Below the pieces are notes generated by a model. That model was not told where the DNA came from. It was given only the letters and a program-made list of their open reading frames with translations, and made no database searches. From assembly GCA_964417895.1 (NCBI GenBank), contig CAYQJS010000004.1, positions 51,724-115,723 on the forward strand: a stretch of DNA of 64,000 bases, read 5' to 3'. Of the stretch, positions 33,992 to 41,719 are shown piece by piece. Position numbers and translations under genes: made by a program. Position 1 is the first letter of the stretch. Every line of letters starts with the position of its first letter. Source of the DNA: an uncultured Chloroflexota bacterium. Lineage in GTDB: Bacteria; Chloroflexota; UBA6077; SHYK01.

Positions 33992-35491
33992 ATGCATAAG
34001 GCACCTTCGCGGAACGATAAACATGAACAACGGGGCACTTGCCTGAAGGTCCTCTTCGTCGCGGCAGAGGTCGCGCCCTTCGCCAAAGTTGGCGGTCTGG
34101 CCGACGTGGCGGGCGCCCTCCCCAGAGCCCTCCGCGCGCTCGGCCACGACGTTCGGGTCATCATGCCGCGCTACGGTACCATCGACGGCGATCGCCATGG
34201 TCTGCGCGATGTCGGCAATGGCGACGCGCTGTCGATCGCGGGGAGCCCCGAGAGGGCGCAGCTCTTCGAGGCTGATTCGGGCGGCGTCCCGACCTACTTC
34301 GTGGGGAACGAGCGCTACTTCGCCCGAGATGGCGTCTACGGCTTCCCCGATGACATCGAACGCTTCCTGTACTTCTGCGGCGCGGCGCTGGCGGCGCCCG
34401 AGCGTCTCGGGTGGGCCCCCGACGTAGTCCACGCCAACGACTGGCACACGGCGATCATCCCTCACTGGTTGAAGATGCCGCCGGCCCTGCCCGAGTGGGC
34501 AAGCTCTGCCGCCTCCGTCCTCACCATCCACAACCTGGCCTACCAGGGCGGCTTCGACCCTGCGTCGTACTCCGCGTGGATCGACCCGAAGTCCCTGCAC
34601 CCGCGCGACGACGGGACCTGCGACCTCCTGAGCCAGGGAATCTGGAGCGCGGATCTCGTGACGACGGTCAGCGAGCGGTACGCGCATGAGATCACGACCC
34701 CGGAGTACGGTGAGGGCCTCGATGGCCTCCTGGCGCGCCGGCGTGCGCAATTACGCGGCATCGTCAATGGCATCGACTACGAGGCCTTCGATCCGGCGAC
34801 CGACCCGGCGATAGCCCGGCGGTACTCGGCCGAGGCGCTTGAGGGCAAGGCGGCCTGCAAGGAAGCGCTGCAGCGTGAGAGTGGATTCGACGTGGCGCCG
34901 AGGACGCCGCTCATCGGGCTCATCGGGCGTCTCGCGGACCAGAAGGGCTACGACCTGGTCGCCGCCATCCTGGAGCCCTTCCTCGCTGAGGTCGATACGC
35001 AAGTCGTGCTCCTGGGGACCGGGGAGCCGCGCTATCACGACCTTTTCCGCGCGCTGGCCGCCCACAACCGGCGGCAGCTCGCCGTCCACCTCACGTTCGA
35101 TGCTGCCCTCGCCCAGCGCATCTACGCGGGAGCCGACATCTTTCTCATGCCCTCCCGATTCGAGCCGTGCGGCCTGGGCCAGCTGATCTCGCTGCGCTAC
35201 GGGACGGTCCCCGTCGTGCGGTCGACTGGCGGCCTGGCGGACACCGTGGCCGACTACCAGGCCGCGACGGGCCGCGGGACGGGCGTCGTCTTCCGCGGCT
35301 ACGACGCGACGGCTCTGGCGGTGGCGCTCGGCCGGGCGCTGGAGCTGTATCGCCAGTCCGACCGCTGGCGCGAGATCCAGCTCCAGGGCATGCGCCAGGA
35401 TGTGTCGTGGAGCGCCTCCGCGCGTCGCTACGTGGAAGCCTACGAGGACGCAGTGCGAGCGGCGGCCGGCGCTCGGGGCGCCACTGCGTGA
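33992..35491 (+). CDS. glgA: glycogen synthase (ADP-glucose type, GT5)
   Basis: LKVLFVAAEVAPFAKVGGLADVAGALPRAL; the canonical N-terminus would start at CTG 34043 (GGGG + 7 nt upstream); ATG 33992 gives an AT-rich 17-codon extension. Confidence 0.9.
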   Translation: MHKAPSRNDKHEQRGTCLKVLFVAAEVAPFAKVGGLADVAGALPRALRALGHDVRVIMPRYGTIDGDRHGLRDVGNGDALSIAGSPERAQLFEADSGGVPTYFVGNERYFARDGVYGFPDDIERFLYFCGAALAAPERLGWAPDVVHANDWHTAIIPHWLKMPPALPEWASSAASVLTIHNLAYQGGFDPASYSAWIDPKSLHPRDDGTCDLLSQGIWSADLVTTVSERYAHEITTPEYGEGLDGLLARRRAQLRGIVNGIDYEAFDPATDPAIARRYSAEALEGKAACKEALQRESGFDVAPRTPLIGLIGRLADQKGYDLVAAILEPFLAEVDTQVVLLGTGEPRYHDLFRALAAHNRRQLAVHLTFDAALAQRIYAGADIFLMPSRFEPCGLGQLISLRYGTVPVVRSTGGLADTVADYQAATGRGTGVVFRGYDATALAVALGRALELYRQSDRWREIQLQGMRQDVSWSASARRYVEAYEDAVRAAAGARGATA

Positions 35492-35520
35492 GCGTCGACG
35501 GCGTCGATGGGCCCCGACCG

Positions 35521-36900
35521 ATGCTGTGCGTCCATGGCCATTTCTACCAGCCGCCCCGCGAGGACCCGCGCACCGGCCGGATTCCACACGAGCCGGGGGC
35601 CGAGCCCTACCCTAACTTCAACGCCAGGATCACGGCGGAGTGCTATCGGCCGAACGCACAGCTGGGCAACTTCGCGCGTCTGAGCTTCGACCTGGGGCCG
35701 ACGCTGGCTACCTGGCTGGCCGCCCAGGCGGCCGATGTCCACACGGCCATCGTGGCGCAGGCGGGAGAATCAGGTGGAGCGGGCGGCGCCATGGCCCAGG
35801 CGTACAACCACCGCATCCTGCCGCTGGCGACGCGCCGCGATATCATGACGCAGGTGCGCTGGGGAATGGCCGATTTCACGCACCGGTTTGGCCAAGCGCC
35901 TCGCGGCATGTGGCTGCCGGAGACGGCCGTGGACCGGCAGACGCTGGACGTGCTGGCTGAGAACGGCATCGAGTTCACGATCCTCGCCCCGTGGCAGGCG
36001 CTCGAGCCCGTCGAGACGCGGCGTCCTCACCGCGTCCAACTGTCGTCAGGTCGCTCTATCGCGGTCTTCTTCTACGATGGCCCGCTCTCGGCGGACGTGT
36101 CCTTCAACGCGGATGCGACGCGGGATGCCGACGAGTTCGCTTCCACTCGCCTCGCGCCTCGCGTTTTGGCTGACGGTCCGACCGGAGTGGGGCCGGGGAT
36201 CACCGTGATCGCGAGCGATGGGGAGCTGTACGGCCACCACCAGCCCGGCCGCGAGCACTTTCTTCATGCGCTGCTCTTCGGCGAGGCGGATCGGGTGGGC
36301 TACGAGGTCGGGGTTCCCGCCACCTATCTCGCGCAACACGGGGTTGGAGGCGATGTCGCGATCGCCGAGCGCACAGCCTGGAGCTGCCCGCACGGCCTGG
36401 CCCGTTGGTCGACGGGCTGCGCGTGCACCCAGGGAGACAGCGCATGGAAGCGCATCGTGTTCGAGGCCCTGGCATGGCTGACCGAACGGATGGATGCCGC
36501 CTTTGAATCGGTCGGGGGCCGCCTGCTGTACGACCCCTGGGCGGCGCGGGACGCCTACATCCACGTCCTCCTGGGCGAGCGCGCTCTGCGGGATCTCATC
36601 GACGAGCATGCGGCTCGGGCGCTCGGCCCGGAGGAGCGATCGGTGGCGGGTCAGCTTCTCGAAGGGCAGGTGTTCGGCCAGCGTATGCACACGAGCTGTG
36701 GGCTCTTCTGGGAGGACCTCAACCGCCTGGAGATGCGCAACAACCTCGCCTACGCAGCGCGAGCGATCCGGTGCACCGAGGCCGCCGCGGGCGTGTCGCT
36801 CGGAGCGGAATTCAGGCGGCGCCTTCAGGGAGCGCGCAGCGCCGCGACCAGCGTGACCGGCGACCGCATCTACACCGAGGTGGCCGGCTCGCCACGCTGA
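35521..36900 (+). CDS. GH57 family glycoside hydrolase (alpha-amylase/amylopullulanase-like)
   Basis: MLCVHGHFYQPPREDP..., WLPETAV; alternative GTG 35488 overlaps the glgA stop. Confidence 0.8.
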   Translation: MLCVHGHFYQPPREDPRTGRIPHEPGAEPYPNFNARITAECYRPNAQLGNFARLSFDLGPTLATWLAAQAADVHTAIVAQAGESGGAGGAMAQAYNHRILPLATRRDIMTQVRWGMADFTHRFGQAPRGMWLPETAVDRQTLDVLAENGIEFTILAPWQALEPVETRRPHRVQLSSGRSIAVFFYDGPLSADVSFNADATRDADEFASTRLAPRVLADGPTGVGPGITVIASDGELYGHHQPGREHFLHALLFGEADRVGYEVGVPATYLAQHGVGGDVAIAERTAWSCPHGLARWSTGCACTQGDSAWKRIVFEALAWLTERMDAAFESVGGRLLYDPWAARDAYIHVLLGERALRDLIDEHAARALGPEERSVAGQLLEGQVFGQRMHTSCGLFWEDLNRLEMRNNLAYAARAIRCTEAAAGVSLGAEFRRRLQGARSAATSVTGDRIYTEVAGSPR

Positions 36901-36961
36901 GCGAAGCCCTATTCGTGTTATTCTTGGCGATTCATGGGCGGAGCGAAGCGGCGGATTCCCT

Positions 36962-37480
36962 TCAGGCCCACATGCGGCGCCGCCGGAATCGCCACAGAAC
37001 CGTGATTGCAAGGAGCGTCATCCAGCCCTTTCCCACTACTTGGCCGGCCAGAAAATCCAGCGAGCCGAAGGCCAGGAAGAGGAAAAGAGCGCTGTCCACC
37101 ACGAGCCCGACCACATTGGATGCGACTACGGCCACCGTCAAGCCGCGCTCTCGCAACGGGGTGTAGACGGCAAAGTCCGCGAATTCGCTGACGAGGAATG
37201 CAAATCCACTGGCCGCCGCAAACTGTGGGCTTACCAAGGCCGAAAGGCCGGCGCCCGCCAAGATCGCGCCCACCGTCCATCGCCGGCCGAGCGCCTCTTG
37301 TGTCCAGTCCCGAAGACTAAAGGCCAAACCGGCGAAGTAGACGCCGGCCGGCGCGACCAATCCGAAGCCTACTGGCACAACTCCAAATGTCGCAATCGCC
37401 CAATTGGCGCCGAAGATGGCTCCGATGTAGCAAAGGGGAGGGAGCAGTTTCGCGTTCGACGGCACGAATCGGGCGCTCAC
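36962..37480 (-). CDS. VUT family / YhhQ-like (queuosine-precursor transporter family) membrane protein
   Basis: PAGVYFAGLAFSLRDWTQEALGRRW..., FLVSEFADFAVYTPLR, VASNVVGLVVDSALF; GTG 37480 chosen because the longer ORF overlaps dapA. Confidence 0.65.
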   Translation of the reverse strand: MSARFVPSNAKLLPPLCYIGAIFGANWAIATFGVVPVGFGLVAPAGVYFAGLAFSLRDWTQEALGRRWTVGAILAGAGLSALVSPQFAAASGFAFLVSEFADFAVYTPLRERGLTVAVVASNVVGLVVDSALFLFLAFGSLDFLAGQVVGKGWMTLLAITVLWRFRRRRMWA

Positions 37481-37533
37481 TTTGCTGGCCAGAGTCGCAT
37501 GGCAGTTGGAATATCGGCCCTGACGACCGTGTC

Positions 37534-38439
37534 TCAGGCGGCTGGCGTGGGAGACGGGAGGTCGATCGCCACCGACTGCAACGCGACGTCCATGATCGCG
37601 GCGGACTTCGCGTCGATCTCGACGAGCGGGAGGCGGAGGCCGCCGCACGGAAAGCCGCACCTGGCAAGGGCGTACTTGAGCGGGATGGGGCTGGTGGTCG
37701 CGAACAACGCCGCGAACAGGGGGGCAAGCTGATTGTGGATGCGGGTCGCCTCCTCCAGCGAGCCTTCCACCGCGGCGTCGATCATCCGCGCCAGCTGGCG
37801 ACCCACCAGGTGGCTTGCGACGCTGACGACGCCATAGGCGCCGATGGCCATCATGGGCAGCGTAACGGCGTCATCCCCACTCCAGACGCGGAAGCCCGGG
37901 CGGGCGTCGCGGATGATGGCGCCGATGGCCTCGAGGTTGCCGCTGGCCTCTTTGATGCCAACGATATTGTCCACCTCACTGAGGCGGACCGTTGTCTCCG
38001 GCGCCATGTTGATCGCCGTCCGGCTCGGGATGTTGTACAGAAGGAGCGGTAGGTCGATGGCGTCGGCGATCGCCCGGAAATGCGCCTCGAGCCCCTGTTG
38101 AGGCGGCTTGTTGTACCAGGGCACCACGCCGAGAATGCCGTCGACTCCCAGGTGAGCGGCCTCGCGGCTGAACTGGACGCTCTCGGCCGTATTGTTGCCG
38201 CACGTGCCGGCGACGACGTCGGCGCGGCCGCCGATGGCCTCCTTGACCTCCGCGAACAGGCGCAGCTTCTCGTCGTGGGTGAGCGTTGGCGATTCACCCG
38301 TCGTTCCCGCGACGACGATGCCCTCCGTTCCGGATGCTACCAGCGCCTCGGCGAGCTGCTGAGCGCGCGGATAGTCCACGGACCCGTCATCGGCGAAAGG
38401 TGTGGCCATAGCCGTCAGGAGACGACCGAACGGTTTCAC
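37534..38439 (-). CDS. dapA: 4-hydroxy-tetrahydrodipicolinate synthase
   Basis: LLTAMATPFADDGSVDY...GIVVAGTTGESPTLTHDEK... Confidence 0.92.
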   Translation of the reverse strand: MKPFGRLLTAMATPFADDGSVDYPRAQQLAEALVASGTEGIVVAGTTGESPTLTHDEKLRLFAEVKEAIGGRADVVAGTCGNNTAESVQFSREAAHLGVDGILGVVPWYNKPPQQGLEAHFRAIADAIDLPLLLYNIPSRTAINMAPETTVRLSEVDNIVGIKEASGNLEAIGAIIRDARPGFRVWSGDDAVTLPMMAIGAYGVVSVASHLVGRQLARMIDAAVEGSLEEATRIHNQLAPLFAALFATTSPIPLKYALARCGFPCGGLRLPLVEIDAKSAAIMDVALQSVAIDLPSPTPAA

Positions 38440-38454
38440 GCTGTACCTCTAACG

Positions 38455-38650
38455 GTCATCTTGAGGGGCCGCCAGGAGCGAAGAATCTCTCGACGAACGC
38501 CGATCCGGCTCTTCGACGGGATCCCTCGGGCGTCGCCCTCCCATGACAATACCGCTCGTCCTGAGCCTGTCGAAGGACAAGCCTGGGTCGGCAACCTTCG
38601 CCTCATGGCTCGACAAGGTCACCATGAGCGGTTTTCATGGGTTCGGGGCG
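38455..38650. repeat. two hairpin elements (family 1 and family 3) between asd and dapA
   Basis: gtcatcttgaggggccgccaggagcgaagaatctc / gggatccctcgggcgtcgccctcccatgac; gtcctgagcctgtcgaaggacaagc / gctcgacaaggtcaccatgagcgg. Confidence 0.8.
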
Positions 38651-38697
38651 GGCCGGGCCGAAAGCCCCATGACTCCTCAGGCTGACAAGCCTACTCC

Positions 38698-39714
38698 CTA
38701 CAGTCGCCCCTCAGCAATCAAATACTCGGCCACCTGCACAGCGTTGAGCGCCGCGCCCTTGCGCAGGTTGTCGGACACGATCCACATCGCCACGCCGTGT
38801 GGATGTGATATGTCGTTGCGGATGCGGCCGACGAACACCTCGTCGCGGCCGGCAGCGTCCAGAGGCATAGGGTACCGCGATTCCGCCGGCTCATCCACGA
38901 CGCAAACGCCCGGCGCCGACGCGAGCAGGTCGCGCACGTCGGCAGCGCTCATGGGGCGGGTCAGCTCGATGTGGACCGCCTCCGAGTGGCCAATCTCGAC
39001 GGGAACGCGGACGGTTGTGGCCGAGATGGCGATGTCAGGAGCATGCATGATCTTCCGCGTCTCGTTCACCAGCTTCATCTCTTCGCTGCAATACCCATTC
39101 GGGCTGAAAGAGCCGATCTCCGGCAGCACGTTCAAGACGATCTGGTGTGGATACACAGTGTGATCGATGTCTGCCCCGCTGGCGTGGGCATGGGTCTGAT
39201 CTTCTAGCTCCTGCATCGCCGCCGCGCCGGTCCCCGAAACTGCCTGATACGAGTCGCAGATGATGCGGGTGATGGGGTTGACGCGGTGGATAGGGGCTAG
39301 CGCAACGACCATTTGAATGGTCGAGCAGTTGGGACCGGCGATGATACCGCCGTGTGTGAGGGCGTCTTCGGCGTTCACCTCAGGGACGACCAGCGGGACG
39401 TCGGGATCCATGCGCCAGGCGTTGCTCTTATCTATCACGACATCGCAGGCTCGGGCAGCGACAGGCGCCAGCTCGCGGCTAACAGCGTCGTTGGCAGAGA
39501 TCAGCGTGAAGTCAATGCCGTCAAACGAGTCGCCGCTTACGGCATGGACCGCTACGCCCTCGCCGCGAAACCGGATGGTCTTCCCCTCCGAGCTGGGGGA
39601 TGCAAACAGTCGCAGCTCACCGACCGGAAAACTGCGCTCCTCGAGGATTTGCATGAACGTGCGGCCGACCGCTCCCGTTGCGCCCACCACCGCGACGTTC
39701 ACCCTGTGTGACAC
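38698..39714 (-). CDS. asd: aspartate-semialdehyde dehydrogenase
   Basis: VAVVGATGAVGRTFMQIL..., GPNCSTIQMVVAL (active-site Cys). Confidence 0.92.
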   Translation of the reverse strand: MSHRVNVAVVGATGAVGRTFMQILEERSFPVGELRLFASPSSEGKTIRFRGEGVAVHAVSGDSFDGIDFTLISANDAVSRELAPVAARACDVVIDKSNAWRMDPDVPLVVPEVNAEDALTHGGIIAGPNCSTIQMVVALAPIHRVNPITRIICDSYQAVSGTGAAAMQELEDQTHAHASGADIDHTVYPHQIVLNVLPEIGSFSPNGYCSEEMKLVNETRKIMHAPDIAISATTVRVPVEIGHSEAVHIELTRPMSAADVRDLLASAPGVCVVDEPAESRYPMPLDAAGRDEVFVGRIRNDISHPHGVAMWIVSDNLRKGAALNAVQVAEYLIAEGRL

Positions 39715-39785
39715 CTATCCTCCCTGCCCGCCGAGCTTCCGCGATCTCGCACAAGGGGGCATCAGGCGTGACTATACACTCGCCA

Positions 39786-39885
39786 CAGTTCCGCGTTCTG
39801 AGTTCCGAGTTCCTCGGGGAGTCGCTCTGGTTGCTCGGGAGCTGGGAACTGGACCTGGGACTTGGGACTCGGAACTCGGAACCGA
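39786..39885. repeat. inverted heptamer arrays (GAGTTCC / GGAACTC family) filling the dapB-asd spacer
   Basis: cagttcc gcgttct gagttcc gagttcc (39786-39813) versus gggaact ggacctg ggacttg ggactcg gaactcg gaaccga (39844-39885). Confidence 0.85.
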
Positions 39886-39886
39886 C

Positions 39887-40711
39887 TTACAGCCCCATGA
39901 GCGCGTCGAGGCCGTAGACCAGCCCGACGTGCTCCCGGATGTGCTTCACGGCGAAGGCCACGCCCGGGAGGAACGAGTCGCGGCCAATGGAGTCGTGGCG
40001 GATGGTGAGCGACTGCCCGGGCCCGCCGAACGTGACCTGGTGCGTCGCGACGAAGCCCGGCAGGCGCAGGCTGTGGATGTGGACGTCCTCAACCACGCCG
40101 CCGCGGGTGTGCTCGACCACGTGTTTGCTCACATGATCGCCAGCGAACGGGGCGTCCCGCCCCTGGCGCATCGCTTGGGCAATGGCTATGGCTGTGCCGG
40201 AGGGTGAGTCAATCTTGGCGTCGTGGTGGATCTCGATGATCTCGGCGGCATCGAGGTATCGGCTCGCCATCTTCGCGAACTGCATGAGCAGGTTGGCGCC
40301 GATGGCGAAGTTGGGGGCTACGAGCGCGCCCACGCCGGCCTCTCGCGCGAGATCGTCGATGGTTGCCAGGTCCTGCTGGGTGAGTCCCGTCGTCCCGATG
40401 ACGATAGGGACGGCGCGCTTGAGCGCTACCGCGGCGTTTGCCCGCGCCGCTTCAGCAGTCGTGAAGTCCACAACCACGTCCGCGTCGACAGCATCCAGCA
40501 AACTCGCCAGGTCGGGGGCCGTTGCAAGCTCCGCTGTTGGTCCATCGGCGCGCGGCCGCGGGTCGCAGCCGCCCACCAGGGTGATTGCCGGGTCCAATGA
40601 GAGCCCACGGACCATCTCCTCGCCCATCCGCCCGTTGACGCCGCAGATAACAAGACGGATAGGGGTCGGGGGTCGGGGGTCGGGGGTCGGCGCGGAGGTT
40701 TCATGTGCCAT
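39887..40711 (-). CDS. dapB: 4-hydroxy-tetrahydrodipicolinate reductase
   Basis: IRLVICGVNGRMG (NAD site), EIIEIHHDAKIDSPSGTAIAIA; the N-terminal TSAPTPDPRPPTP is encoded by a heptamer array. Confidence 0.9.
   Translation of the reverse strand: MAHETSAPTPDPRPPTPIRLVICGVNGRMGEEMVRGLSLDPAITLVGGCDPRPRADGPTAELATAPDLASLLDAVDADVVVDFTTAEAARANAAVALKRAVPIVIGTTGLTQQDLATIDDLAREAGVGALVAPNFAIGANLLMQFAKMASRYLDAAEIIEIHHDAKIDSPSGTAIAIAQAMRQGRDAPFAGDHVSKHVVEHTRGGVVEDVHIHSLRLPGFVATHQVTFGGPGQSLTIRHDSIGRDSFLPGVAFAVKHIREHVGLVYGLDALMGL
40662..40689. repeat. 4 x GGGGTCG tandem heptamers inside the annotated dapB 5' coding region
   Basis: ggggtcg ggggtcg ggggtcg ggggtcg. Confidence 0.9.
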
Positions 40712-40716
40712 CGAGA

Positions 40717-41700
40717 TCAGAGGTTGACCCGGTGCATGTCACGGGTGCGGGGACCCGCCGCCGCCCCGGGTGGCATGATCGCATCGATCCAGGCGAGATC
40801 CTCCCCGGTGAGCTTGACGTCTATCGCCTTCAGGTTTTCCTCCAGGTGCTGCCGCGTCCTGATACCTGGGATGGGGATAATGTCAGGTCCCTGGACCATC
40901 AACCAGGCCAGCGCCAGCTGTGCCGGCGTAACCGACTTTTCCTGGGCCATCTCCTCGATCTGGGCCAGAAGCTTCAGGTTGTGCTCGAGGTTGCCCGGCT
41001 GAAGGCGCGGGTGGTCGCGGCGGTTATCGCTATCGGGTAGGTCTTCGAGGTGGTGAAAGGCGCCCGCCAGGAAGCCGCGGCCTAGCGGCGAGTAGGCCAT
41101 AAGACCCATGCCAAATTCGCGGCAGGCCTCAACGTTGCCCGCCTCCTCTGGCTCGCGCGTCCACAACGAGTACTCGATCTGGAGGGAGACAATGGGGTGC
41201 ACGCTGTGGGCTCGGCGGATGGAGGCGGCGCTGGCCTCGGACAGTGCAATGTAGCGAGCCTTGCCTTGCTCCACGAGGCGCACCATGCCCCCAACGGATT
41301 CCTCGATGGGGATGTTTGGATCGACGCGGGACATGCAGAAGATGTCGAGCGTATCGACGCCGAGACGGCGCAGGCTTTCCTCACACGTTTGAATCAAGTA
41401 CTCGGGGCTGCCACCGCCGCGATCCCCGCTGCCGTCCGGCGTACGCGGGCTGCCGGACTTGGAGTGGATCACGACGCGCTCTCGGCGCCCCCTGATAGCC
41501 TTGCCGATCAGCTCATGGTTATGCCCGTTGCCGTAGCTCGCTGACGTGTCCAGGAAGTTGACGCCCAGATCGAAGGCCCGATGAAGCGTGGCGATAGACT
41601 CGGCGTCGTCGGCCTGGCCGCGCGAGCCGGACATGCCCATGCAGCCGATGCCCATCGGCGACACCTTCAAGTCGGTGGTGCCGAACAGTCGGTATTCCGT
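40717..41700 (-). CDS. aldo/keto reductase
   Basis: TEYRLFGTTDLKVSPMGIGCMGMSG...LDTSASYGNGHNHELIG; start codon unresolved (first canonical in-frame start after the pnp stop is TTG 41670). Confidence 0.8.
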   Translation of the reverse strand, partial: TEYRLFGTTDLKVSPMGIGCMGMSGSRGQADDAESIATLHRAFDLGVNFLDTSASYGNGHNHELIGKAIRGRRERVVIHSKSGSPRTPDGSGDRGGGSPEYLIQTCEESLRRLGVDTLDIFCMSRVDPNIPIEESVGGMVRLVEQGKARYIALSEASAASIRRAHSVHPIVSLQIEYSLWTREPEEAGNVEACREFGMGLMAYSPLGRGFLAGAFHHLEDLPDSDNRRDHPRLQPGNLEHNLKLLAQIEEMAQEKSVTPAQLALAWLMVQGPDIIPIPGIRTRQHLEENLKAIDVKLTGEDLAWIDAIMPPGAAAGPRTRDMHRVNL

Positions 41701-41719
41701 ACCGCTCTGCCCCTGTCTC

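Noticed and set aside
37481-37533. preQ1 riboswitch upstream of the YhhQ-like transporter gene
   Set aside because: Only ~54 nt separate it from the dapA stop, and I could not recognise the preQ1-I/II consensus. This needs a covariance-model scan to be excluded formally.
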